A model generated the notes under the pieces. It worked only from the letters and a program-made list of their open reading frames with translations, was not told the DNA's origin and did no database searches. Source: a virus (lineage: Duplodnaviria; Caudoviricetes). Taken from it: a stretch of DNA of 54,046 bases. Positions within the stretch are counted from its first letter, which is position 1; the number at the start of each line of letters is the position of its first letter. The translations under genes were made by a program, and so were the position numbers. Shown piece after piece: positions 25,969 through 35,332 of this stretch. The stretch spans positions 1 through 54,046 of the IMG/VR virus record IMGVR_UViG_3300048597_000384; one strand, given 5' to 3'.

Positions 25969-26919
25969 ATGGCTTCCAGGGTCAGCGGTGCCAACGCCAA
26001 GATCGCGATCAAGCCCGAGGCGACCTTCAAGACCGCGCCCAGCGGCAACTGGGTCTATGTGCCGTTCATGGAATGCGACCTGGCGCCCAACGACCAGGTG
26101 AGCGACGACGCGGTGCTGGGCCTCGGCCGGCAGGCGCAGCGGCCCGCGCGCGACCTGGTGGAGTATCGCGGCCGGATCACCGTGCCGGTGGACGCCGAGG
26201 CGATCGGCTGGTGGCTCTACGGCCTGTTGGGGGCCGCCACGGTCTCCGGCTCCGGCCCCTACACGCATGTCTGGACCTCGGCCCTCGGCACGCTGCCCAG
26301 CTTCGGCCTGGAGATCCAGCACCCCGACGGGGCCTCGGCGATGTACGAGACCTACACCGGCGTGATGCTGGACGGCTTCTCGGTCGAGTTCGCCGCCACC
26401 GGCCGGCCGCGGCTGTCGATCGACCTCGTGGCCTGCGCCTCGGTCCTGGACGGCACCAGTGCGGCCGGCACGCCCACCACGCCGGCGCTCACCTGGTTCC
26501 ACCAGAAGGTCAACAGCCTGAAGAAGGACACGGTGGCCCTGGCCAAGGTGCCGAGCTTCAGCCTGACCTACGCCAACAACCTGGAGCTCGACCGCTATGT
26601 CGGCGGGGCGGGCGAGGTGGACGCGGTGGTGCCGGGCCTGGCCTCGGCGCGCGGGCAGATCCAGGCCCGGTTCAACGCGCCCACGCTGCACGACCTGGCG
26701 GTGGCGGGCACGGTGTTCGACCTCGAGGCCGGGTGGAGCAACAGCGCCAGCCAGAAGCTGCTGTTCGAGCTCGACCAGGCCGAGCTGCTGCGGCGCGGCC
26801 GGGCGCTGAACGGCCCGGGCGGGATCAGCCAGAGCTACGAGGTCTATGGCAGCCAGGATCCCAGCGAGGGTGCGATGCTGCGCGCGACCCTGATCAACGC
26901 GACGTCCGCCTACAGCTGA
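25969..26919 (+). CDS. Major tail tube protein
   Basis: 316 aa; LGLGR..RD, YTHVWTS, LPSFGLE. Confidence 0.85.
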   Translation: MASRVSGANAKIAIKPEATFKTAPSGNWVYVPFMECDLAPNDQVSDDAVLGLGRQAQRPARDLVEYRGRITVPVDAEAIGWWLYGLLGAATVSGSGPYTHVWTSALGTLPSFGLEIQHPDGASAMYETYTGVMLDGFSVEFAATGRPRLSIDLVACASVLDGTSAAGTPTTPALTWFHQKVNSLKKDTVALAKVPSFSLTYANNLELDRYVGGAGEVDAVVPGLASARGQIQARFNAPTLHDLAVAGTVFDLEAGWSNSASQKLLFELDQAELLRRGRALNGPGGISQSYEVYGSQDPSEGAMLRATLINATSAYS

Positions 26920-27638
26920 TGATCCGGCTGAAGACCGAGCTGGGCAACCTCGCCGCGGTCTGGTCGGGCGAGGTGGCGGAGGTCAAGCGGGGTGTCACCC
27001 GTGCGGTCGACGGTGCCACGGCCCGGCTGCAGGAGCGGCTGCGGGCCGACACGACGGCCGCCGGCCTGGGCGTGGGCAACGCCCGGTCCTGGCGGACGGT
27101 CCGCTACCCCAGGGCGCGCGATTCCGTCAACGCGGCCGGCCTCGCGTACAGCAAGAGCCCGGCCGTGATCGACGGGTTCAACAAGGGTGCCCTGATCACC
27201 CACCGGGGCGGCCGCTACCTCACCATCCCCACCAACTTCAACCGCGTCGGCGGCAGGCGGCGTGCCCGCTCCGAGGGCACAGGAGCCCGGAACTACTGGG
27301 CGAGCGTCCGGGTCACGCCTGCCCAGATGGTGGCCAGCCGGCTGTCCTTCACGCTGCCGCGGCCGGGCGGCGGGCTGCTGTGGTGCCTGAAGATCCTGCA
27401 GGCCCAGGGCAAGACGAAGAAGCGGGGTCGGATCACCACCCAGCTGATCGCCGGCGGCCTGGTGCGGGTCGGCACCGGGCGCGGCGTGGGCAAGGCCGCG
27501 GACATCGCGCGGGCCGGCTTCGTGCCGATGTTCGTCCTGGTCCGTGCGGTGAAGCTGCCCAAGAGCCTCAACCTCGACGGGCGAGCGGGCGAGGCAGCTG
27601 CCGACCTCGCGGCCCAGATCACGCGGGACCTCGGATGA
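26919..27638 (+). CDS. Basic neck/tail completion-type protein (DUF6441-like)
   Basis: Arg-rich; DSVNAAGLAYSKSP, VPMFVLVRAVKLPK. Confidence 0.7.
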   Translation: MIRLKTELGNLAAVWSGEVAEVKRGVTRAVDGATARLQERLRADTTAAGLGVGNARSWRTVRYPRARDSVNAAGLAYSKSPAVIDGFNKGALITHRGGRYLTIPTNFNRVGGRRRARSEGTGARNYWASVRVTPAQMVASRLSFTLPRPGGGLLWCLKILQAQGKTKKRGRITTQLIAGGLVRVGTGRGVGKAADIARAGFVPMFVLVRAVKLPKSLNLDGRAGEAAADLAAQITRDLG

Positions 27639-28320
27639 TCAAGCTCGGCACGCGGCGCGAGCCGCCCTGGCTCGACCTGGCACACGGGGTGCGGGTGCAG
27701 CTGCGCCCGTTCGACCCCGCCTGCGACATCGCCGCCCAGCGGGCGATCGGCATCTCGCTGCGCGACGGCTCGACGGCCGACGAGGCCGAGGCCGCGGGCT
27801 TCCTGGTGGTGGCCGAGCGGCGGATCCTGGCCTGGGAAGGGGTCGCCGGCGACGATGGCGAGCCGGCCCCGTGCACGCCGGGCAACATCCGGATCCTGAT
27901 GCTGCAGATCGACGGGATGCTGGCGCATTTCCGCGAGCGCTACCTGGTCTGGTCTTCCGGGTGGAGTGCGGAGGGAAACGGCTTCGCGAGCTCGCCGAAT
28001 GGCATTTCGGCGAAGGCCCCGACTACTGCCGCGGATGCGTAGAGACCGAAGCGCCGTGCGCCGGGGCGGAGCCCTGGACGTGCCGCTACCGGGAGCTGCA
28101 GGCGCAGAGCGAGGAAGGGGCGGCTGCCTGGGGGCTGATCACGGCCTGCGGCACCGCACTCCGGGTGGGCCCGGCCGGGCCGATCGGGTTCGACTGGCCG
28201 GCGCTCCTGGCCGCGGCGGACGCCTGCGACGTCGAGCGGGCAGCGCTGGTGCGGTTCCTGCCGGAGATCGAGCGCGGGATGGTGGCAGCCCGGCTCGCGG
28301 AGCGCGAGCGTGAAGGCTGA
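27635..28320 (+). CDS. Tail assembly chaperone pair (27635-28042 and -1 frameshift extension to 28320)
   Basis: Slippery GGGAAAC at 27973-27979; the -1 frame continues KRLRELAEWHF... Confidence 0.8.
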
Positions 28321-28323
28321 GGC

Positions 28324-28491
28324 TCAGCCCATGCGGCTCGCGATCGACATGCCGATCAGCACCTCGAGCGCGATGCCGGCGAGCACGATGCCGCCCGCGG
28401 TCCAGCGTAGTGCGGACTGGTTCTGTGGTGCGGCCGCGAAGCTGAAGCCGAATACGGCGATGGCGGCGACGAGCCAGACGATGGTGATCAT
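28324..28491 (-). CDS. Small antisense 2-TM moron
   Basis: 55 aa hydrophobic ORF between chaperone and tape measure genes. Confidence 0.6.
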   Translation of the reverse strand: MITIVWLVAAIAVFGFSFAAAPQNQSALRWTAGGIVLAGIALEVLIGMSIASRMG

Positions 28492-28531
28492 TTCAAGCCC
28501 CGCGGTTTCAATCCCGGCGATGGTAGCGTAG

Positions 28532-30424
28532 ATGGCGGCCGACCGCCAAGCCACGGTGCGCATCAGCGCCGACGGCGCGCAGGTCGTTACCACCTACGAG
28601 GCGATCGGCCAGTCGGCCACCCAGGCCGGGCAGCGGATCGAGGCCGCGACCGCCGCCGCCAACAGCTCGAGCGGCCGCTTCGCCCAGGGCCTGAGCAACG
28701 CCTTCGGCACGGCCCGCAAGAACGTCGCCAACCTCAGCTTCCAGCTGCAGGACGTGGCGGTGCAGCTGCAGGGCGGTGCGAACCCGCTCACCGTGCTGGT
28801 CCAGCAGGGCACCCAGATCGCGAGCGTGTTCGGCCCGGCGGGTGCGGTGGTCGGTGCCGTGGGCGCCGGCCTGGGCCTGATGGCCGGCTACTTCCTGAGT
28901 GCTGCCGACGACGCCGAGACGGCCAAGGAAGAGACCTACAACTTCGGCGACGCGCTGAGCTTCCTGGGCGACACGGCCGTGGCCACGGCCGGCGAGATCG
29001 CCAAGCTCACCGGGGAGTACCGCAAGGCCAGTGCCGCCAGCCAGGAGCTCACCCGACTCAACCTGGAGCGGCAGCAGCGCGAACTCGAAGCACAGCTCGA
29101 GGGCTCGCGCGGGCAAGCCTCGCAGCTGCTGGGCCAGCTCCCCTCGCAGCGCTTCGAGACGGTGACCGGCGGGTTCCTGGTCGAGGGCCGACCGCAGGCC
29201 TACGAGGACACGATCCAGGCCAACATCGACGCGGTGCGGAAGTTCGCCGAGAGCGGCTCGCTGGTGGGTGCCGCGCGTGACCTCGACCAGCTCGCCAAGC
29301 GGGCGGAAGAGGCCGGCAACACCGAACTGCGCGACCTGGCCAACCGCCTCCTCGACGTCGCGAGCGCAGGTGCCGAGACCGAAGCGCAGCTGCAGACCGT
29401 GGGCGACCAGATCCAGGCGCTTGCCGGCGCCACCGGCGAGGGCAGCCAGGGCTTTCCGGTCTCCCTGCAGCGGCAGTTCGGGCCGGATGCCGACAAGCCG
29501 GCGCGCGCGCCGTCCTCGCGTGGCGCGCGCAGTGCCGAAGCGGCCGCCAAGAAGGCCGCGGCGGACACCGCGCGGGCGGCCAAGATCGAGGCGGCGGAAG
29601 AGAAGCGCCGCTACGAGCTGGTGGTCGAGCAGATCAACGACGGTGCCGATGCGAAGTACGCCGCCGACGTGGCCGCGGCCGAGCGGCGCCGGGACTTCAC
29701 GCTGCAGACGCTCGCCGAGGAAGAGGAGCGGCTGAAGAAGAACCCGGCCGAATACTACCGACTGACCGGCGACACCGACCTGGCATCGACCTATAACCCG
29801 CTCGTCGGCGCGGCGGACGCCTTCCGCAAGCTGTCGGACGAAAGCCAGCAGTACGGCAAGATCATCGGCGACAGCATCGCTGCCGGTGCCCAGGTGGCCT
29901 CGCAGGCAATCAGCGCCTTCGTGCTCGAGGGCAAGTCCGGGATCGCCGACCTCGCCAAGACCGTGGCGGACCAGCTGCTGACCGGGGCACTGAGCATCTT
30001 CATCAACGGCATCGTGGGTGCCGGCGGAAGTGCCCTGACCAATTATCTGGCCGGCCCGTCGACCGCCGGCGCCACCGGCGCCTCGCCGCTCACCTATGGC
30101 GGCCCGCGGGCGGCTGGCGGGCCGGTGCGCGGGGACCGCTGGTACTGGGTCGGCGAGAACGGGCCGGAGCGGTTCGTGCCGGACGGGGCAGGGCAGGTGG
30201 AGCCGATGGGCCGCGGCGGCGGCGGTGGCGGGACCACGGTCCAGGTGATCGACCAGCGCGGCCAGAACGCGCCGCCGGTCGAGACGCAGCGCAGCACCGG
30301 CCCGGACGGGCGCGAGCAGATCCGCCTGATCGTGCGGGCCGAGGTGAACCAGGCGCTTGCATCGGGGGCGCACGACAAGGCCCTGCGCGGCCGGTTCGGC
30401 ATGAAGCCGGCGCTGCAGCGGTGA
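28532..30424 (+). CDS. Tail tape measure protein
   Basis: NLSFQLQDVAVQLQGG..LVQQGTQI; C-terminal RAAGGPV...VGENGPERFVP. Confidence 0.9.
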   Translation: MAADRQATVRISADGAQVVTTYEAIGQSATQAGQRIEAATAAANSSSGRFAQGLSNAFGTARKNVANLSFQLQDVAVQLQGGANPLTVLVQQGTQIASVFGPAGAVVGAVGAGLGLMAGYFLSAADDAETAKEETYNFGDALSFLGDTAVATAGEIAKLTGEYRKASAASQELTRLNLERQQRELEAQLEGSRGQASQLLGQLPSQRFETVTGGFLVEGRPQAYEDTIQANIDAVRKFAESGSLVGAARDLDQLAKRAEEAGNTELRDLANRLLDVASAGAETEAQLQTVGDQIQALAGATGEGSQGFPVSLQRQFGPDADKPARAPSSRGARSAEAAAKKAAADTARAAKIEAAEEKRRYELVVEQINDGADAKYAADVAAAERRRDFTLQTLAEEEERLKKNPAEYYRLTGDTDLASTYNPLVGAADAFRKLSDESQQYGKIIGDSIAAGAQVASQAISAFVLEGKSGIADLAKTVADQLLTGALSIFINGIVGAGGSALTNYLAGPSTAGATGASPLTYGGPRAAGGPVRGDRWYWVGENGPERFVPDGAGQVEPMGRGGGGGGTTVQVIDQRGQNAPPVETQRSTGPDGREQIRLIVRAEVNQALASGAHDKALRGRFGMKPALQR

Positions 30425-30435
30425 GGTGCTGAACC

Positions 30436-30795
30436 GTGGCGGTGTGGCCTGCCGGCCTGCCGAAATACCCGCTGCAGGACGGCTTCAGCTTTGCCGAGCC
30501 CAACGGGCTGATCAGCTCGCCGATGGACCAGGGCCCGCCCAAGGTCCGCCGGCGCTTCACCGCAACCCTGGCCCGCTGCCAGTGCAGCTGGAAGCTCACC
30601 GAGGCCCAGCTCGCCATCCTGCGCGGCTTCGTCATCGACGATCTGGCCGGCGGTGCCTTGAGCTTCACCTGGTGGTACCCGCTCTCGACCGTCGAGCTCG
30701 AGTGCTCGGCGCGGTTCGGCCCCGAGGGGCTGCCGGTCTACAGCCCGGCCGGTGCCCGGTGGCTGGCCACGGCCGAAGTGTGGATCCTGCCGTGA
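30436..30795 (+). CDS. Distal tail / minor tail protein
   Basis: WPAGLP..MDQGPPKVRRRFT. Confidence 0.75.
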   Translation: MAVWPAGLPKYPLQDGFSFAEPNGLISSPMDQGPPKVRRRFTATLARCQCSWKLTEAQLAILRGFVIDDLAGGALSFTWWYPLSTVELECSARFGPEGLPVYSPAGARWLATAEVWILP

Positions 30796-30814
30796 GGCCC
30801 CGCCGGTGAGGTCG

Positions 30815-31309
30815 ATGGCGGCGGCCCTGCGCCAGGCCATGATGGCCCCGGACACCGCGGTGGTGCCCTTGTGCCTGCTGACCATCACGCACCCCTCGCT
30901 GGCCGTGCCCATCCGGCTGTGCAACGACGCGGTGAGTGCGGTCTCCGGCGTCACCAACGTGGTGCGCGGCGGGCAGACCTACGTCGCCTACCCGTTCGAC
31001 ATCGTGCTGCCCAGCGACACCGACGAAGGGCCGCCGCGGGCGCGGCTGACCGTCGACAACGTGGCCCGCGAGATCGTCCAGCTGGTGCGCTCGGCCGCAC
31101 CCGCCCCGGAAGTCACGATCGACATCGTCAACGCCGCTGCACCGGACGATGCGGCAGCGACCTTCGGCCCATTCAAGTTCGGGACGCCGGAATATGACGA
31201 CTACCAGGTCACCACCGACCTGGTGATCGCCGACAACACGCTCGAGCCCTACCCGTACAAGCGCTACTCGGCGGAGCATTTCCCTGCGCTGTACCGGCAG
31301 CTGTCGTGA
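30815..31309 (+). CDS. DUF1833-type minor tail protein
   Basis: LLTITHPSL..PIRL..YVAYPFDIVLP..LTVDNV. Confidence 0.8.
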   Translation: MAAALRQAMMAPDTAVVPLCLLTITHPSLAVPIRLCNDAVSAVSGVTNVVRGGQTYVAYPFDIVLPSDTDEGPPRARLTVDNVAREIVQLVRSAAPAPEVTIDIVNAAAPDDAAATFGPFKFGTPEYDDYQVTTDLVIADNTLEPYPYKRYSAEHFPALYRQLS

Positions 31310-31866
31310 TCGACTCCTGCCCCTATGTCGGCCTGGCCTACCGACGGGGCGGGCGGGAGAGGCCGGCGGTCGACTGCTGGGGGCTGGTCCGGCTGGTCTA
31401 TCGCGAGCAGCTCGGGATCGAGCTGGATCCGCACGCCACCGATCCGGATCTGGGGCGGGCGATCGTGGCGGAGCGGTCGGCCTGGGCGGCCGTGCCCCCG
31501 GCCTCGGCCAAGCCGGGCGACGTGGTGCTGGTCAAGCGGCCCGGGCAGCCCTTCCATGTCGGCGTGCTCCTGGCCGGCCGGCGGCTGCTGCATGCCGATG
31601 AGCCCTTCGGCGTCGCCGTCGAGCGGGTCGACCGTGTGCTCGGCAGTGTCGAGTTCTGGCGCCATCCTGCCCTCGCGGCAGGTGATCCTGTCGCATCGGC
31701 CGCACCCGTTCCGGCTGACCCGCGAGACGATCGAGATCCCGGCCGGGCTGACCCTGGGCGAGATGATCGAGATTGCCCAGCCGGACCCGGTGCTGCGGTC
31801 CTGCATGGAGGTGCGGATCGCGGGCCGTCGCTGGCCCAACTCGACGTGGCGCCATGCCCGGCCTAA
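31306..31866 (+). CDS. NlpC/P60 tail-tip protein
   Basis: DCWGLVRLVY...HVGV...LLHA. Confidence 0.85.
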   Translation: MIDSCPYVGLAYRRGGRERPAVDCWGLVRLVYREQLGIELDPHATDPDLGRAIVAERSAWAAVPPASAKPGDVVLVKRPGQPFHVGVLLAGRRLLHADEPFGVAVERVDRVLGSVEFWRHPALAAGDPVASAAPVPADPRDDRDPGRADPGRDDRDCPAGPGAAVLHGGADRGPSLAQLDVAPCPA

Positions 31867-34800
31867 GCCAGGCGTGCTCATCGACATGGTGCCGCTGCCG
31901 CAGGGCGGCGGCGACACGCTGCGCCTGGTGCTTACCATCGCGGTGGTGGCCCTGGCCGTGGCGGCCACGGGCGGGATAGCGGGCCTGGGCGTGTTCGCGG
32001 CCGGCGGAGCGCTTGCCGGCTGGGGTGCGGTGGCGGGAGCGGTCGGCGGGGCGCTGATCAGCACGGTGGGCATGCTGGCGATCAATGCCCTGGTGCCGCC
32101 GGCCCAGGCGCAGATCAACCAGGGCCTGGGCGCCACCTCGGTCACCTATTCGATCGAGGGGGCCAGCAACCGGGCGCGGCCGGACCAGCCGATCCCGCGC
32201 GTGCTCGGCAGGCACCGCTACGTGGCCGACCTGGCGGCACCCTGGGTCACCGAGCTCGACGATCAGGACGAGTACCTGCACGGCATCCTGTGCTGGGGCT
32301 ATGGGCCGGCGAGCGTCTCGGAGATCAAGATCGGCGACACGCCGATCGAGAACTTCCAGGGTGTGCAGCTCGAGCACTATCTGGGCGACAGCGACACCCC
32401 GCCGGCCTTCACGCTCTACCCCAACCAGGTGGCGCTGACCCAGGTGGCCTCGGCGCTGCGCCAGGGTACCAGGGTCCGGCGCACCACCGACACGGCCACG
32501 GCCTACGCGCTCCTGGTCTTCCAGTTCCGGACCGGGGCCATCTCGGTCTCCAGCTCGACCGGCGACCAGCTCGGCGTCGAGGTGAACCTGCGCTACCGCT
32601 GGCGGGCGGTGGGCGGGACCTGGAGTGCGGAAGAGGACTGGCCGATGGGCGGCAAGTCCAGCTCGCCCATCAAGCGGTCGCGCCGGATCGCCTTCCCGGC
32701 CGAGGGCGAATACGAGATCGAGGTCTGGCGGACCACGGCCGACTCGACCAGCGACAACCTCATCAACGCGGTGCACTGGGAGGTCCTGAAATCCGGGAAC
32801 TACCAGGCGCCGCTGCGGGGCATCCTGGGCGTGGTGTTCACCGCGATCCGGATCAAAGCCACCGACCAGCTCAACGGCGTGATCCAGGATCTCTCGGGCC
32901 TGGTCTCCAGCTACGCCATCGCCTGGAACGGCTCGACGTGGATCTATGGCCCGACCGCCCAGCCGGCGGCCCTGTTCCGCAGCGTGCTGCAGGGCCGGGC
33001 CGCCAAGAGCCCGCTGGCCGACGCCAAGATCGACCTTGCCCAGCTGCAGCACTGGGCGGAGCACACCGTGCCGCGCGGCTACGAGTGCGAGCTCGTGGTC
33101 GACCGCGAGCTGAGCCTGGGCGAAACGCTGGATCTGATCGCCGCCACCGGCCGGGCCGCCAAGCTGCAGGTGGACGGCCGCTGGTCGGTGGCGATCGACG
33201 AGCCCAAGAGCGTGCCCGCCCAGCTGTTCACCGCGCGCAACATGCGCGGGTTCCGCGGCCGCCGGCTGTTCGTCGAGGAGCCGCACGCGCTGCGGGTCAG
33301 GTTCGTCGACCGGACCGCCGGCTACACCCAGCAGACGCGACTGGTCTATGCCGACGGCTACAGCGAGGCCAATGCCAGCCTGATCGAGGATGCCGAGTTC
33401 CCCGGCGTCACCAACCCGGCCCTGATCCACGTGTTCGGCCGGATGCGCCTGGCCGAGGGGCGGCTGCGCGCGGAGACCTACACCGCCGAGGTGGATTTCG
33501 AGCACCTGGTGTGCACCCGCGGCGACCTGGTGCTGGTGCAGCACTCGGCCCCGCTATGGGGCCTGGGCTCGGGCCGGGTGAAGAGCCTGGTGCTGGACGG
33601 GACGAACATCGTGGCCGTCGTGCTCGACGAGCGGCTGGTGTTCGACGGGACCGCTGCCGACTACGTGATCCGGATCCGCCGTGCCGACACCAGCCTGTTC
33701 TTCAGCGACATCCACGATCCGGTCGGCGAGGCCGACGCGGTCTACCTGAATCCGGCGGTGCCGGCGGCGAGTGCGGGCATCGCCGCCGGCGACCTGGCGT
33801 CGATCGGGATCCGCGACCGCGACGCGGTGCCCTTGCTGATCCGCTCGATCGAGCCCTCGGGCGACCTTGCCGCCCAGGTGAGCTTCATCCCGTACGCGCC
33901 GGAGATCTTCGCGGCCGCGAGCGGCCCGATCCCGCCCTGGAACCCGAACATCAGCCCGCCCACCGGGTCGCGCGCGCCGATCATCGAGGCGGTGGTCTCG
34001 GGCGAGGCCACGGGTGTGCGCAACGCCGACGGCTCGCTCACCTCGCGGGTCCTGGTGCGGCTGGCCAATGACGGCTCGCGGCCGCTGGCGACCATCGCGG
34101 GCCTGGAGCTCGCCTGGAAGGCCTTCGACGACAGCGGCCCGTTCCTGATCCAGCAGGCCCCGGCCGACGCCAGCCAGGTGGCGATCACCGAGGCCGCCCC
34201 CGGGGCCATCATCCGCATCGCCGCCCGGTTCCGCCTGTTCAGCGGGCATGGGGCCTGGTCGGGCGAGGTGCAGCACCTGGTGGTGGGGCCGACCCTGCCG
34301 CCGCTCGACGTCAAGGGCCTGATCATCGATGGCGTGTTCCTGCGCTGGATCCACACCAGCGGGAAGGACCATCGCGGCTTCCTCCTGAAATGGGCGCCCA
34401 GCGTGGGCCAGCCCTGGGAGGAATGTGCCGACGTCACCGACGAGGTCGTGACACAGCTCGAGTTCCCGACCGCGGGCCTGCCGGACCAGACCAAGCAGGT
34501 GCTGATCAAGGCCGTGACCGTCCACGGCGTCGAGAGCGTCACGCCGGCACGGGCCACCGCCCCGGCGGGCTTCGCCTTCGCGCGGGTCAATCTCGGCAGC
34601 GACAGCCTGCGCGGCCGCGGCTGGCCGGGGAACATCCTCAACGCCCAGCGGATCGGCGGGGCCATCGTCGGCCTGGACAATTCGGAGTGGCTCGGTGCCG
34701 GCGGCATGTGGCTCGAGCCCGGGTCGAACCTGTGGCTGGAGCCGGACTGGGCCGAGGTCAGCTACATCTGCAACGTCTACACGCCGACCACACTGCTGCG

Positions 34801-35332
34801 CACCGACCGGATCTTTCTCGACCACGACATCCAGGGCGACTTCCGGCTCGACTATCGCTGGGGCACCGCTGACCTCGCCTTCGCGGCCTTCGTCGATCCC
34901 GTCCCCGACGCGCTGCTGACCGGCAACTTCAACGACCCGGTGGGTGCAGCCGTCGACGAGGAGGTGCTGCTGGTCTGGCGCCCGTGGCGCCAGGGCATCC
35001 CGGCGCTGCCCGACCAGCCGCTGCAGCTGCGGGTGATCATCGCCGGCGGCGGTGCCCTGCAGCCGATCCTGCGCGAGCTTAGCCTGCGGTTCGACGCCGA
35101 GGAAATCCAGGAGACCTTCAGCAGTCTCCCGATCGGCCCGGCCAGCACGTTCGTGCCCAAGCAGCGGACCTATCGGCGCATCGCCTACGTGCTGGGCAGC
35201 ATCAACGGCGGCGGGACGGCCAGCACGTTCGTGGTCGACGGCAAGGCCCCCGGTGCGATCCGGGTCAGCCTGCGCGATGCGGCCGGCACCAGCGTCGCGG
35301 GCTTCGCCGACGTGCGCATCGGAGGTGGGTGA
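31682..35332 (+). CDS. Central tail fiber / host-specificity protein (TipJ-like), start approximate
   Basis: N.ARP.QPIPRVLG, IKATDQLNG, EHLVCTRGDLV. Confidence 0.9.
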   Translation: MILSHRPHPFRLTRETIEIPAGLTLGEMIEIAQPDPVLRSCMEVRIAGRRWPNSTWRHARPKPGVLIDMVPLPQGGGDTLRLVLTIAVVALAVAATGGIAGLGVFAAGGALAGWGAVAGAVGGALISTVGMLAINALVPPAQAQINQGLGATSVTYSIEGASNRARPDQPIPRVLGRHRYVADLAAPWVTELDDQDEYLHGILCWGYGPASVSEIKIGDTPIENFQGVQLEHYLGDSDTPPAFTLYPNQVALTQVASALRQGTRVRRTTDTATAYALLVFQFRTGAISVSSSTGDQLGVEVNLRYRWRAVGGTWSAEEDWPMGGKSSSPIKRSRRIAFPAEGEYEIEVWRTTADSTSDNLINAVHWEVLKSGNYQAPLRGILGVVFTAIRIKATDQLNGVIQDLSGLVSSYAIAWNGSTWIYGPTAQPAALFRSVLQGRAAKSPLADAKIDLAQLQHWAEHTVPRGYECELVVDRELSLGETLDLIAATGRAAKLQVDGRWSVAIDEPKSVPAQLFTARNMRGFRGRRLFVEEPHALRVRFVDRTAGYTQQTRLVYADGYSEANASLIEDAEFPGVTNPALIHVFGRMRLAEGRLRAETYTAEVDFEHLVCTRGDLVLVQHSAPLWGLGSGRVKSLVLDGTNIVAVVLDERLVFDGTAADYVIRIRRADTSLFFSDIHDPVGEADAVYLNPAVPAASAGIAAGDLASIGIRDRDAVPLLIRSIEPSGDLAAQVSFIPYAPEIFAAASGPIPPWNPNISPPTGSRAPIIEAVVSGEATGVRNADGSLTSRVLVRLANDGSRPLATIAGLELAWKAFDDSGPFLIQQAPADASQVAITEAAPGAIIRIAARFRLFSGHGAWSGEVQHLVVGPTLPPLDVKGLIIDGVFLRWIHTSGKDHRGFLLKWAPSVGQPWEECADVTDEVVTQLEFPTAGLPDQTKQVLIKAVTVHGVESVTPARATAPAGFAFARVNLGSDSLRGRGWPGNILNAQRIGGAIVGLDNSEWLGAGGMWLEPGSNLWLEPDWAEVSYICNVYTPTTLLRTDRIFLDHDIQGDFRLDYRWGTADLAFAAFVDPVPDALLTGNFNDPVGAAVDEEVLLVWRPWRQGIPALPDQPLQLRVIIAGGGALQPILRELSLRFDAEEIQETFSSLPIGPASTFVPKQRTYRRIAYVLGSINGGGTASTFVVDGKAPGAIRVSLRDAAGTSVAGFADVRIGGG

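Noticed and set aside
31682-31866. Programmed frameshift or fusion between NlpC/P60 and TipJ
   Set aside because: The overlap is explained by a low-complexity C-terminal run-on of the NlpC ORF; no slippery site was recognised.
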